A stretch of DNA of 64,000 nt from Escherichia coli. GTDB taxonomy: Bacteria; Pseudomonadota; Gammaproteobacteria; Enterobacterales; Enterobacteriaceae. Shown here in pieces: positions 34,660-46,568 of the stretch. The notes below the pieces were generated by a model. That model ran no database searches, had not been told where the DNA came from, and saw only the letters and a program-made list of their open reading frames with translations. Each line of letters opens with the position of its first letter. The first letter of the stretch is position 1. The position numbers were made by a program, and so were the translations under genes. The stretch lies in assembly GCF_050920415.1 (NCBI RefSeq), contig NZ_CP169309.1; one strand, 5' to 3'.

Positions 34660-35745
34660 ATGAAGACGTTTCCTTTGCAAAGCCTGACGCTTATTGAAGC
34701 GCAGCAAAAGCAGTTTGCGTTGGTGGATACGATTTGCCGTCATTTTCCCGGCAGCGAGTTTCTTACACGCGGGGATTTAGGCTTAACGCCAGGGCTGAAT
34801 CAACCGCGTATTACTCAGCGTGTGGAGCAGGTGCTGGCTGATGCGTTTCATGCGCCAGCGGCGGCGCTGGTACAGGGCGCAGGTACTGGAGCGATTCGTG
34901 CGGCGCTGGCAGCTTTGCTCAAACCGGGGCAGCGTCTTCTGGTGCATGACGCGCCGGTTTACCCGACGACTCAGGTCATTATTGCGCAGATGGGGCTGAC
35001 GCTTATCACTGCTGATTTTAATGACCTGTCGGCACTGAAGCAGGTCGTCGACGAGCAACAACCAGATGCCGCGCTGGTGCAGCATACGCGCCAACAGCCG
35101 CAGGACAGCTATGTGCTGGCAGATGTGCTGGCAACATTGCGTTCGGCTGGCGTTCCTGCGTTAACCGATGACAATTATGCGGTGATGAAGGTGGCTCGAA
35201 TTGGCTGCGAATGCGGCGCGAATGTTTCGACATTCTCCTGTTTCAAGCTGTTTGGACCAGAGGGTGTTGGCGCAGTGGTAGGTGATGCCGATGTTATTAA
35301 CCGGATCCGCGCCACGCTCTATTCCGGCGGCAGTCAGATCCAGGGCGCACAGGCGCTGGAAGTATTGCGTGGTCTGGTGTTTGCGCCAGTCATGCACGCG
35401 GTGCAGGCGGGGGTATCTGAACGGTTGCTGGATTTACTTAACGGTGGCGCGGTGGCGGAAGTTAAAAGCGCCGTTATTGCCAATGCGCAGTCGAAGGTGT
35501 TGATTGTGGAGTTTCATCAACCGATTGCCGCCAGAGTGCTTGAAGAGGCGCAAAAGCGCGGCGCGTTGCCTTACCCGGTCGGCGCAGAGTCAAAATATGA
35601 AATCCCGCCGCTCTTTTATCGACTTTCCGGAACGTTTCGTCAGGCGAATCCGCAATTAGAACATTGTGCAATTCGCATTAACCCGAATCGCAGCGGTGAT
35701 GAGACGGTATTGCGGATTTTGCGCGAGAGTATTGCCAGCGTTTAA
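34660..35745 (+). CDS. yhfS: Uncharacterized YhfS (PLP-dependent transferase-like)
   Basis: 361 aa; last gene of the cluster. Confidence 0.85.
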   Translation: MKTFPLQSLTLIEAQQKQFALVDTICRHFPGSEFLTRGDLGLTPGLNQPRITQRVEQVLADAFHAPAAALVQGAGTGAIRAALAALLKPGQRLLVHDAPVYPTTQVIIAQMGLTLITADFNDLSALKQVVDEQQPDAALVQHTRQQPQDSYVLADVLATLRSAGVPALTDDNYAVMKVARIGCECGANVSTFSCFKLFGPEGVGAVVGDADVINRIRATLYSGGSQIQGAQALEVLRGLVFAPVMHAVQAGVSERLLDLLNGGAVAEVKSAVIANAQSKVLIVEFHQPIAARVLEEAQKRGALPYPVGAESKYEIPPLFYRLSGTFRQANPQLEHCAIRINPNRSGDETVLRILRESIASV

Positions 35746-35775
35746 TTCTGGGAACGATGTTTTCGCAGAGGATGG

Positions 35776-35809
35776 AGAAAAATACGCCCTCGGAAAATTC
35801 AGAGGGCGT
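35776..35809 (-). terminator. Intrinsic terminator downstream of yhfL
   Basis: Stem ACGCCCTC (35784-35791) / GAGGGCGT (35802-35809); on the minus strand followed by ATTTTTCTCC. Confidence 0.6.
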
Positions 35810-35849
35810 TAGCTCATTAAATCGGTGTTAGCCGATTTCTGTCAGAGAC

Positions 35850-36017
35850 TTACTGTGCAGTAGGACCGCAACCGCCAATGATTTTAGAAATAGAAATTGC
35901 CGGGTGCAGCAGGTAGTCGTAAGAGCAGTTCTTATCACGGTTTTCAATATGACCAGTACATGCAGTTAACGTAGCCAGTACTGCACCTACCAGTGCAACT
36001 TTAATAAATTTGTTCAT
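35850..36017 (-). CDS. yhfL: Small lipoprotein YhfL
   Basis: Not in the ORF track (55 aa). Minus-strand ATG 36017 gives MNKFIK...TACTGHIENRDKNCSYDYLLHPAISISKIIGGCGPTAQ, with a lipobox (LTAC). Confidence 0.85.
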   Translation of the reverse strand: MNKFIKVALVGAVLATLTACTGHIENRDKNCSYDYLLHPAISISKIIGGCGPTAQ

Positions 36018-36219
36018 TTACATTCCCTATGTATTATATATTAATTAATATTCATTGATTATATGAATATAAGCGGACTGCTCATAAAGAACGATACAGG
36101 AATATTTAATTGGCGTCAGTGAGTGAATGACTTAATTTTGTAAGTCGCTGTAACGGTGAATATAATCCATTAGCAAATGATATTTATTAAGAGGGTATGC
36201 TTTATTTGCTGAATATATA

Positions 36220-36258
36220 AAAAGAGTGATAAAGAGGGCCAGAATTATCTGGCCCGGG
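36220..36258 (-). terminator. Probable terminator after cysG
   Basis: GGGCCAGA-ATTA-TCTGGCCC hairpin; T-rich tract on the minus strand. Confidence 0.55.
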
Positions 36259-36263
36259 TAAAA

Positions 36264-37637
36264 TTAATGGTTAGAGAACCAGTTCAATTTATCGCGCAGG
36301 CCAACGACCCGACCAATAATAATTAATGAGGGACTGTTCATTTGCTGCGCCAGCTCGCCCAGTTGCGTGAGCGTACCGTCAATCACGCGTTGCGTTACCG
36401 CCGTACCGTTTTCGACAATCGCCACCGGCATTTCGCAAGGCATTCCGTGTTCAATCAGTTTTTGCTGAATGGTCGCGGCCTGATTAAGCCCCATATAGAA
36501 CACCAGCGTCTGTTTTTCGGCTGCCAGGTTTTCCCAGTCCAGCTCGCCACCGGTTTTTAAGTGTCCGGTAATTAAGCGTACGCTCTGAGCATAATCGCGA
36601 TGCGTGAGCGGAATGCCCGAATAGGCAGAGCAACCAGACGCTGCGGTAATACCTGGAACCACCGAGAACGGAATGCCTGCATTGCACAGTGTTTCCAGCT
36701 CTTCGCCACCACGGCCAAAAATAAACGGATCGCCGCCTTTCAGCCGCACCACGCGTTTGCCTTTTTGCGCTTCCCGCAGCAGGATCTGGTTAATCTCTTC
36801 CTGCGGTACGCAGTGGTATCCCGCGCGTTTGCCGACGAAAACGCGATCAGCATCGCGGCGTACCAGATTCATAATATCGTCAGAAACCAGACGGTCGTAG
36901 ACCACCACATCTGCCTGCTGAATTTGTTGCAGTCCTTTTAGTGTCAGCAGACCGGCATCGCCCGGACCTGCGCCAACCAGCACCACTTCACCGCGATGAT
37001 CGAGCGGTTCATTGATTAACTGTTCGGTCGTTTCGGTAATGGCTTTCTGATCGTTGTTCGCCAGCGACTGCGCCAGGCGATCATTAACGAACAGTTTTTC
37101 CCAGAAACGGCGACGTTCACCCATCGTGGCGAACTGTCGTTTGACCCGACCGCGTAACTGCCCCGCATATTTTGCTACCTGGCCGAGATGCAGCGGCAGC
37201 AGTGATTCAAGTTTTTCGCGCAACAGTCGCGCCAGAACCGGAGAGGTGCCGCCAGAGGAGACCGCTACCATGAGCGGGGAGCGGTCAATAATCGACGGCA
37301 TAATAAAGCTGGCGGCTTTCGGCGCATCGACCACGTTACAGAAGATACGACGAGATTCGGCGGCTTCGCTGACACGCTGGTTAAGCGCGTCATCATCCGT
37401 CGCCGCAATTGCCAGCCAGCAGGTGTCGAGAAGGCTTTCATCAAATGGCCCTTCGACGAGGGTTAACATGCCTGCATCTGCCCATGCGGTGAACTGTGGA
37501 ATAAACGCTAATGCATTCACCGTTAAGCGAGCACCTGCGTCTAACAGCAACCTTGCTTTGCGTTCCGCGACATCACCACCGCCGACAATCAAACAGTCGC
37601 GGTCGCGTAATTGGCAAAATATAGGCAAATGATCCAC
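36264..37637 (-). CDS. cysG: Siroheme synthase (multifunctional CysG)
   Basis: 457 aa [40 protein letters not shown]... Confidence 0.96.
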   Translation of the reverse strand: MDHLPIFCQLRDRDCLIVGGGDVAERKARLLLDAGARLTVNALAFIPQFTAWADAGMLTLVEGPFDESLLDTCWLAIAATDDDALNQRVSEAAESRRIFCNVVDAPKAASFIMPSIIDRSPLMVAVSSGGTSPVLARLLREKLESLLPLHLGQVAKYAGQLRGRVKRQFATMGERRRFWEKLFVNDRLAQSLANNDQKAITETTEQLINEPLDHRGEVVLVGAGPGDAGLLTLKGLQQIQQADVVVYDRLVSDDIMNLVRRDADRVFVGKRAGYHCVPQEEINQILLREAQKGKRVVRLKGGDPFIFGRGGEELETLCNAGIPFSVVPGITAASGCSAYSGIPLTHRDYAQSVRLITGHLKTGGELDWENLAAEKQTLVFYMGLNQAATIQQKLIEHGMPCEMPVAIVENGTAVTQRVIDGTLTQLGELAQQMNSPSLIIIGRVVGLRDKLNWFSNH

Positions 37638-37655
37638 GTAAAAACCCCTTAATAA

Positions 37656-38462
37656 TTAACCGGCAGCCGTTTCAGTTTGATTAAATTTGTCCGCAACCGG
37701 ACGATTAGCTTTCGGCGTAGCATACCAATAACCCAATCCCATGAATACGGCACCCGATAAAGTATTACCCAGCGTCACCCACAGCAGGTTATGACCAATA
37801 CCCGCCAGCGTGTAGGCTTCGCTGTGGTTGCCGAACCATGAGAGCGCGAACAGCGTCATGTTAGCGATGGAGTGCTCGTAACCGGACGCAATAAACGCCA
37901 GCAGACACCACCAGATTGCGATAAATTTCGCCGCGCCTTCAGTACGCAGTGCCATCCAGATTGCCAGACAAACCAGCCAGTTACACAATGCGCCTTTGAA
38001 GAACAGTACCATTGCCGGTGCGGTGGTTTTAGCCAGCGCGACGGAGTGAACAATACTGGTATCTACTGGCAAAAGGCTACCACCGCCCCAGCTATAAAGC
38101 ATGGCAACAAAGACGGAACCGACCAGGTTACCCAGCCAGGTTTGCGGCAGGATTGCCCACATTTGCCCGTGGCTAATGGTGCCCGCTTTCACCCCAAAGG
38201 TGAGGAACATGGTGTGTCCGGTGAACAGTTCAGAACCGGCGATAATGACCAGCGTTAAGGCGATACCAAAGGTCGCGCCCATCACCAGAGGACGTACGGA
38301 CGGATCGAGCAAATTACCGAGCGTGAAAATCAGGATGATCCCCAGCCCCACATACGCGCCCGCCATCGCGGAGCTTACCCAGAAGCCGAGCGGGTTATTT
38401 GCCGACAGGCGTGCAATGCGCGCAGCGTTAGCCGCACACTTATTAATAGTGTCTGTAAACAT
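37656..38462 (-). CDS. nirC: Nitrite transporter NirC (FNT family)
   Basis: 268 aa, multi-TM, MFTDTINKCAANAARIARLSANNPLGFWVSSAMAGAYVGLG... Confidence 0.95.
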   Translation of the reverse strand: MFTDTINKCAANAARIARLSANNPLGFWVSSAMAGAYVGLGIILIFTLGNLLDPSVRPLVMGATFGIALTLVIIAGSELFTGHTMFLTFGVKAGTISHGQMWAILPQTWLGNLVGSVFVAMLYSWGGGSLLPVDTSIVHSVALAKTTAPAMVLFFKGALCNWLVCLAIWMALRTEGAAKFIAIWWCLLAFIASGYEHSIANMTLFALSWFGNHSEAYTLAGIGHNLLWVTLGNTLSGAVFMGLGYWYATPKANRPVADKFNQTETAAG

Positions 38463-38588
38463 TTGATTATCCTTTAAAAAATAAAAACAAAAAATAAAAC
38501 AAAAAGTTTAAAAAATGTCCTGCAATATACTTAAGGTCATTACAGGACAATGCAAAAAGGGGAGGCATTGCGCCTCCCGTTAAAACAA

Positions 38589-38915
38589 TTAACCGCGTAG
38601 CTGTACCACGCCGTCTTTCACTCGTGCCTCGTAATGCTTGACGGAAAACTGTTCATCTTCCATGCATAAACCGTCGCTTAAGCGAAAACGCTGTTTTTTC
38701 AGCGGACTGGCGACCCACAGCTCGCCCTGGTGTTCCGCAATCAGCCCGCGTGACAGCACGCTGGATTCGAAGAACGGATCGATGTTGCTGATCGCAAACA
38801 CCTGGTCGCTGTGATACGGGCGGAAAATCGCTACCTGCTCGTCACCTAACAGCGCGCAGACGCCGGTTTCAGGCAGGATGTCATCAATTTTGCAGATGTC
38901 TTTCCACTGGCTCAT
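38589..38915 (-). CDS. nirD: Nitrite reductase (NADH) small subunit
   Basis: 108 aa MSQWKDICKIDDILPETGVCALLGDEQVAIF... Confidence 0.95.
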   Translation of the reverse strand: MSQWKDICKIDDILPETGVCALLGDEQVAIFRPYHSDQVFAISNIDPFFESSVLSRGLIAEHQGELWVASPLKKQRFRLSDGLCMEDEQFSVKHYEARVKDGVVQLRG

Positions 38916-41455
38916 GCGTTGTCCTCCACCAGAGTTACCGGGATACGTTCATACGGCGTTGCCGGACGGTGCTGTTCGCGCTCTGGCACCATCTGCACGT
39001 TCGGGTCACGCTTGTCGCTGTTGATGAAGTGTTTGAAGCGAATCTGCGCGGACGGTGTATTGACCGTTTCAGTCCACTCACACACTACCGCTTCACGCAG
39101 GCGCGCCATCTCTTCTTCCAGATGTGCGTTCAGCCCCAGCTTGTCGTCAATGATCACCGCTTTCAGGTAATCGATGCCGCCTTCGAGGTTTTCTAACCAC
39201 GGTGCGGTACGCGTCAGTTTGTCGGCAGTACGGATGTAGAACATCATGAAGCGGTCAAGATATTTGATCAGCGTTTCGCGATCGATATCCGCTGCCAGCA
39301 GATCCGCATGACGCGGTTTCATGCCGCCGTTACCGCACACATACAGGTTCCAGCCTTTTTCGGTGGCGATAATACCTACGTCTTTACCCTGAGCTTCTGA
39401 ACATTCACGGGTACAGCCGGAGACACCGAACTTCATTTTGTGCGGCGTACGGATGCCTTTGTAGCGGTTTTCCAGTTCCACGCCGAGGCCGACGCTGTCG
39501 CCAACGCCATAGCGGCACCAGGTGCTACCCACGCAGGTTTTCGCCATACGCAGTGCTTTCGCATAGGCATGACCGGTTTCGAAACCTGCTTCAATCAGCT
39601 GACGCCAGATCTCCGGCAGATCGTCTTTCTGTGCGCCAAACATCGCCAGACGCTGGGAGCCGGTGATTTTGGTGTAGAGATTAAATTCACGCGCGATACG
39701 ACCCACTGCCATCAGCCCTTCTGGGGTGATTTCACCACCCGGAGAACGCGGGATCACCGAGTAGGTGCCGTCTTTCTGGATGTTAGCGAGGAAGTTGTCG
39801 TTAGAATCCTGCAGCGGAGTATGTTCCGGCTTCAGAATGTATTCGTTCCAGCAGGAGGCCAGCAGCGAACCGACGGTCGGTTTACAAACCTCACAACCGT
39901 AGCCTTTACCGTGTTTCGCCAGCAGTTCTTCGAAGGTTTTAATGCCTTCAACGCGGATCAAATGGAACAGTTCCTGACGCGAATAAGCAAAGTGTTCGCA
40001 CAGGTTATTGTTAACTTCGATACCCTGTTTTGCCAGTTCCGCGTTCAGTACCTGAGTGACCAGCGGGATACAGCCACCGCAGCCAGTACCCGCTTTGGTT
40101 TCGGCTTTCAGCGCCGCAACGGTGTGGCAGCCTTTGTTGATGGCAGCAATCAGATCGCCTTTGGTGACGTCGAAGCAGGAGCAGATTTGCGCGCTGTCCG
40201 GCAGTTTATCAACACCAATAGACGGCTTGCCGCTACCTGAGTGCGCCGGCAGGATCAGGGAATCCGGGTTTTCCGGCAGTTCGATTGCGTTCAGCACCAG
40301 TTGCAGCAGGTTACCGTAGTCGCTGGTATCACCCACCAGTACTGCACCGAGCAGGGTTTTGTTGTCTTCGCTGACAATCAGGCGTTTGTAGATCTCTTTA
40401 CTTTCGTCGAGGTAAACGTAGCTACGTGCGCCAGGCGTGCGACCGTGAGCATCGCCAATACCGCCTACGTCTACGCCAAGCAGTTTCAGCTTGGCGCTAA
40501 GGTCAGCACCTTCAAAGGCGTTTTCGCTACCGAGAATATGGTCAACGGCGACCTGCGCCATTTTGTAGCCAGGTGCTACCAGACCAAATACACGGTTGTT
40601 CCAGCTTGCGCATTCACCGATGGCGTAGATATCTGGATCGGAAGTCTGGCAGGAATCATTAATGACGATACCCCCACGAGGAGCAACGTCCAGACCACAC
40701 TGGGTTGCCAGCTTATCGCGCGGACGGATACCGGTAGAGAAGACGATAAAGTCGACTTCCAGTTCGCTGCCGTCGGCAAAACGCATGGTTTTACGCGCTT
40801 CGACACCTTCCTGCACAATCTCAAGAGTGTTTTTGCTGGTGTGAACGCGTACACCCATGCTTTCGATTTTGCGACGCAATTGCTCGCCGCCCATCTGATC
40901 AAGCTGTTCCGCCATCAGCATAGGGGCAAATTCGATAACGTGGGTTTCAATGCCTAAGTTTTTCAGCGCGCCAGCGGCTTCCAGACCTAACAGGCCGCCG
41001 CCAACAACGGCACCGCGCTTACTGCGACGGGCGCAGGATTCAATGGCGTTGAGGTCTTCAATGGTGCGATAGACAAAGCAGTCCTGAGTATCAGAACCTT
41101 TGATTGGCGGGATCCACGGATAGGAACCGGTCGCCATGATCAGCTTGTCATAAAAAACGGTACGTCCGGCGCTGGAGTGAATCACCTTCTCCTGACGGTT
41201 GATGGTGATAGCGCGTTCGCCGACCAGAACTTTAATACCGTGTTTTTCGTAAAAGCCTTCGCGCACCAGCGACAGCTCTTCGGCGGTGTGGTGAGAGAAG
41301 TAAGACGAGAGGTGTACGCGGTCATAAGCGATGCGCGGTTCTTCACAGAAAACGGTAATATCAAAGTTGGCCGCATCAGATTTATCAAGAAGATCTTCGA
41401 TAAAGCGATGGCCGACCATACCGTTACCGATAATTGCGAGTCTGACTTTGCTCAT
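38912..41455 (-). CDS. nirB: Nitrite reductase (NADH) large subunit
   Basis: 847 aa; N-terminal FAD/NAD fold MSKVRLAIIGNGMVGHRF; ATG 41455. Confidence 0.96.
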   Translation of the reverse strand: MSKVRLAIIGNGMVGHRFIEDLLDKSDAANFDITVFCEEPRIAYDRVHLSSYFSHHTAEELSLVREGFYEKHGIKVLVGERAITINRQEKVIHSSAGRTVFYDKLIMATGSYPWIPPIKGSDTQDCFVYRTIEDLNAIESCARRSKRGAVVGGGLLGLEAAGALKNLGIETHVIEFAPMLMAEQLDQMGGEQLRRKIESMGVRVHTSKNTLEIVQEGVEARKTMRFADGSELEVDFIVFSTGIRPRDKLATQCGLDVAPRGGIVINDSCQTSDPDIYAIGECASWNNRVFGLVAPGYKMAQVAVDHILGSENAFEGADLSAKLKLLGVDVGGIGDAHGRTPGARSYVYLDESKEIYKRLIVSEDNKTLLGAVLVGDTSDYGNLLQLVLNAIELPENPDSLILPAHSGSGKPSIGVDKLPDSAQICSCFDVTKGDLIAAINKGCHTVAALKAETKAGTGCGGCIPLVTQVLNAELAKQGIEVNNNLCEHFAYSRQELFHLIRVEGIKTFEELLAKHGKGYGCEVCKPTVGSLLASCWNEYILKPEHTPLQDSNDNFLANIQKDGTYSVIPRSPGGEITPEGLMAVGRIAREFNLYTKITGSQRLAMFGAQKDDLPEIWRQLIEAGFETGHAYAKALRMAKTCVGSTWCRYGVGDSVGLGVELENRYKGIRTPHKMKFGVSGCTRECSEAQGKDVGIIATEKGWNLYVCGNGGMKPRHADLLAADIDRETLIKYLDRFMMFYIRTADKLTRTAPWLENLEGGIDYLKAVIIDDKLGLNAHLEEEMARLREAVVCEWTETVNTPSAQIRFKHFINSDKRDPNVQMVPEREQHRPATPYERIPVTLVEDNA

Positions 41456-41512
41456 TTTTGCCTCGATTTCTTTTCTATTACCGCCTACCTTAACGATTCA
41501 GCAACCCCGCTT

Positions 41513-41526
41513 ATTGATGTAAATCA
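41513..41526 (-). promoter_or_regulatory. FNR binding site of the nirB promoter
   Basis: Perfect TTGAT-GTAA-ATCAA palindrome; a TAAGGT -10-like hexamer lies at 41486-41491 on the nirB strand, about 31 bp downstream of the site centre, consistent with a class II FNR promoter. Confidence 0.85.
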
Positions 41527-41539
41527 AATTCACCTTTAT

Positions 41540-41555
41540 ATACTCCTTAAGAGGT
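41540..41555 (-). promoter_or_regulatory. Candidate NarL/NarP 7-2-7 site upstream of the FNR site
   Basis: TACTCCT-TA-AGAGGTA inverted heptamers, centred 28 bp upstream of the FNR site centre. Confidence 0.6.
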
Positions 41556-41716
41556 ATATTGCTGATTTGTATAAATTTTCTTAAGTCACGGAATTGTCTG
41601 ACATTTCATTCGTGTGCAAAAAATAGACAAAATGAAAGGGTTTATAGAAATAGACGTACGTAGCGGGGTAAGTGAGGAAAAGGCCGGACGACGATAGCGC
41701 CGCCCGGCATGAGCAA

Positions 41717-42898
41717 TTAATGAGAGGTCAGGGTGTTATGCTGACGGTGACGGCTGACGAAACCTAACAGGAAGCACATCACAAAGACGACAGCGTACAG
41801 ACCGTTTGCCGTCAGCAGCGCCGCCTTTGGACCGCTATGTTCAACAATCGGGCCGGTAACGACAAAGGTCAGCATGGTACCGATGGTCCCGCAGGTCAGG
41901 ACAAAGTTAACCAGTTTTGGTGACGGTACTTTGGTTTGCTGTGAACCCAGGGTGATGATGGTGGTATAGATCGCGCTGGAGAAGAAGCCCAGGGCGAGAA
42001 TTGACCACGCCATATGTGCCGGTGTTCCGGTGTTAAAGACGTACATTAGAATCGCAGCCAGACCGGCCAGTACGGTCAGAATACGTTGCAAATCAAAGAA
42101 GCGAAGAATAAAGCTGAACGCCCACATGCCGACCATATAGGACATCCAGAAGTTACTCACCAGCGTACCTGCGTCGTTCAGGCTCATGCCCAGGCCTTTG
42201 GCATACTCTGGTACCCAGGAGATAAAACCTAACTGACCGAGGATGTAGCACAGCGCCGCAACAGAGAGAAACAGCACGCCGATCCCCCATTTTTCTTTCG
42301 CTACCGGAGCATCCGTTTTTGGTGCATGTTTGCCCAGTGCCGGAAACTCACAGCCGAAGGTCAGAATAAAAATAGCGACGTAAACCAGCCCGATGCAGGC
42401 ATAAACCCAGTACCACTCAATGCTGCGCGCCAGCAGAAACGCGGCGATCATTGGGAAAATCATCCCTGCCATACTGAAGAAGGAGTCGGTAAATAACAGG
42501 CGAGAACCGCGCTGACGCCCTTCATACATTTGTGTTATCAGGAATGTACCAATCGACATAGTGATACCGCTGACCACCCCGAGAATGAACATCGCTGCCG
42601 AGAAAAGCGCCAGGCTGTGGCTAAACATCAAACCAGCAACCGCTAGCACCATCAGGAGAAAGCCAAAACGTAACTGCGTTTTTAACGGGACGATTTCCAT
42701 CAGCCAGGCATTGAGGAAGATAGAGATTAAAATGCCAGCATTGAGGAAGGTGAAGGTGTTACTCATACTGGAAACAGGCAGATTGAAATAATCGGCGATA
42801 TTTCCCATCACCATCCCGGTGACAATAACCAACGCACCCGTCAGTGCGTAGGAGAGAAAGCTAATCCATGTGAGCTTGATGCGATTGCTGTTAGTCAT
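41717..42898 (-). CDS. tsgA: MFS-type transporter TsgA
   Basis: 393 aa, 12-TM-like hydrophobicity, [24 protein letters not shown]... Confidence 0.92.
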   Translation of the reverse strand: MTNSNRIKLTWISFLSYALTGALVIVTGMVMGNIADYFNLPVSSMSNTFTFLNAGILISIFLNAWLMEIVPLKTQLRFGFLLMVLAVAGLMFSHSLALFSAAMFILGVVSGITMSIGTFLITQMYEGRQRGSRLLFTDSFFSMAGMIFPMIAAFLLARSIEWYWVYACIGLVYVAIFILTFGCEFPALGKHAPKTDAPVAKEKWGIGVLFLSVAALCYILGQLGFISWVPEYAKGLGMSLNDAGTLVSNFWMSYMVGMWAFSFILRFFDLQRILTVLAGLAAILMYVFNTGTPAHMAWSILALGFFSSAIYTTIITLGSQQTKVPSPKLVNFVLTCGTIGTMLTFVVTGPIVEHSGPKAALLTANGLYAVVFVMCFLLGFVSRHRQHNTLTSH

Positions 42899-43158
42899 GA
42901 TTGGCCTGCGTTCAAAAATAAAATGGCATAGCGGGATATGCCGCGAGCGGGCGATTTTAGGTGATTTTGTGATCTGTTTAAATGTTTTATTGCAATCGGT
43001 TGCTAAATTGCATTTTAAGGGTGATTTTGATCACGGAATAAAAAGTAATCGTCAGGTTACATATATTTCAGATACGTAAAATTAGGTAAAGGGATGGCCT
43101 TGTTCTTGAAGGCTATTTAGAATCTCTTCACTTGCTTTTTTTCTGCTCTGTTTGTTAA

Positions 43159-43740
<582 letters not shown>

Positions 43741-43748
43741 TGATTTCT

Positions 43749-43780
43749 CGCGCGGGCAATCTTGCCCGCGCTTCTGCTCT
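43749..43780 (+). terminator. Terminator-like hairpin after ppiA
   Basis: CGCGGGCA-ATCT-TGCCCGCG stem-loop followed by a T-rich tract. Confidence 0.5.
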
Positions 43781-43844
43781 CCCGGCGTAACCCGGATTTG
43801 CCGCTTATACTTGTGGCAAATGGACACGTTCAGGGAGGCATCAA

Positions 43845-44012
43845 GTGAAGAAACTCACCGATAAGCAAAAGTCCCGTCTCTGGGAGCTTCAGCGTAATCG
43901 TAATTTCCAGGCCAGTCGCCGTCTTGAAGGCGTCGAGATGCCTTTAGTTACTCTTACTGCCGCAGAGGCTTTAGCGCGCCTTGAAGAGCTGAGGAGGCAC
44001 TATGAGCGATAA
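43845..44012 (+). CDS. yhfG: Small protein YhfG (antitoxin-like partner of Fic)
   Basis: Not in the ORF track. GTG 43845 gives [55 protein letters not shown] (55 aa); 3' end overlaps the fic start by 11 nt. Confidence 0.8.
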   Translation: MKKLTDKQKSRLWELQRNRNFQASRRLEGVEMPLVTLTAAEALARLEELRRHYER

Positions 44013-44604
44013 ATTCGGCGAAGGGCGCGATCCGTATCTTTATCCTGGCCTTGATATCATGCGGAACCGGCTGAACATCCGCCAGCAACAGCGGCTGGAA
44101 CAGGCCGCTTACGAAATGACGGCGCTGCGTGCTGCGACCATTGAGCTTGGTCCGCTGGTGCGCGGTTTACCGCATTTGCGCACTATCCATCGCCAGCTGT
44201 ATCAGGATATTTTCGACTGGGCGGGGCAACTGCGTGAAGTTGATATTTATCAGGGCGATACGCCGTTCTGCCACTTTGCTTATATCGAAAAAGAGGGCAA
44301 TGCCCTGATGCAGGATCTGGAGGAAGAAGGGTATCTGGTTGCCCTGGAGAAAACGAAGTTCGTCGAGCGGCTGGCACACTACTATTGTGAAATCAACGTC
44401 CTGCATCCCTTCCGGGCGGGAAGTGGTCTGGCACAGCGGATCTTCTTCGAGCAACTGGCGATTCATGCTGGTTATCAACTGAGCTGGCAGGGTATTGAAA
44501 AAGAGGCCTGGAATCAGGCAAATCAGAGTGGGGCAATGGGGGATCTCACTGCGCTGCAGACGATATTTAGCAAAGTGGTAAGCGAAGCCGGGGAATCTGA
44601 GTAA
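44002..44604 (+). CDS. fic: Fic-domain protein (AMPylase family)
   Basis: 200 aa; Fic motif region [12 protein letters not shown]. Confidence 0.93.
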   Translation: MSDKFGEGRDPYLYPGLDIMRNRLNIRQQQRLEQAAYEMTALRAATIELGPLVRGLPHLRTIHRQLYQDIFDWAGQLREVDIYQGDTPFCHFAYIEKEGNALMQDLEEEGYLVALEKTKFVERLAHYYCEINVLHPFRAGSGLAQRIFFEQLAIHAGYQLSWQGIEKEAWNQANQSGAMGDLTALQTIFSKVVSEAGESE

Positions 44605-44635
44605 AATAGCGCGGTTCTTTCGTACCGGAGCCGCC

Positions 44636-45199
44636 ATGATCCTGCTTATTGATAACTACGATTCTTTCACCTGGAACCTCTACCAGTACTTTTGTGAACT
44701 GGGGGCCGACGTGTTGGTTAAGCGCAACGATGCGTTAACGTTGGCGGATATCGACGCCCTGAAACCGCAAAAAATTGTTATCTCACCTGGACCCTGTACG
44801 CCGGACGACGCAGGGATCTCCCTTGACGTTATTCGCCACTACGCCGGGAGTTTGCCGATTCTTGGCGTCTGCCTCGGTCATCAGGCAATGGCGCAGGCAT
44901 TTGGTGGCAAAGTTGTGCGCGCAGCAAAGGTGATGCACGGCAAAACCTCGCCGATCACACATAACGGTGAGGGCGTATTTAAGGGGCTGGCAAATCCACT
45001 CACCGTGACACGCTACCATTCGCTGGTGGTGGAGCCTGACTCATTACCGGAGTGCTTTGAAGTGACGGCCTGGAGCGAAACCCGCGAGATTATGGGGATT
45101 CGCCATCGCCAGTGGGATCTGGAAGGCGTGCAGTTCCATCCAGAAAGTATTCTCAGCGAACAAGGACATCAACTGCTGGCTAATTTCCTGGAACGCTGA
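44636..45199 (+). CDS. pabA: Aminodeoxychorismate synthase component II (glutamine amidotransferase)
   Basis: 187 aa [19 protein letters not shown]..., catalytic GVCLGHQ. Confidence 0.95.
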   Translation: MILLIDNYDSFTWNLYQYFCELGADVLVKRNDALTLADIDALKPQKIVISPGPCTPDDAGISLDVIRHYAGSLPILGVCLGHQAMAQAFGGKVVRAAKVMHGKTSPITHNGEGVFKGLANPLTVTRYHSLVVEPDSLPECFEVTAWSETREIMGIRHRQWDLEGVQFHPESILSEQGHQLLANFLER

Positions 45200-45269
45200 T
45201 TTCTGATTGCCATTTAGTGATTTTTTATGCATATTTTGTGATTATAATTTCACGTTGAGTTATGCGTAA

Positions 45270-46508
<1,239 letters not shown>

Positions 46509-46566
46509 GACGCATCAGGCAAAAGATGTCGGATGCGGCGTGAACGCTGTATCCGAAGGTAGCCTG
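46509..46566. repeat. REP-like element between argD and yhfK
   Basis: GACGCATCAGGC...GTCGGATGCGGCGTGAACGCTGTATCCGAAGGTAGCC, similar to the REP consensus. Confidence 0.6.
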
Positions 46567-46568
46567 TA

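Noticed and set aside
39440-40957. Two long plus-strand ORFs (266 and 238 codons)
   Set aside because: Both are antisense to nirB, which is coded on the minus strand across this interval.
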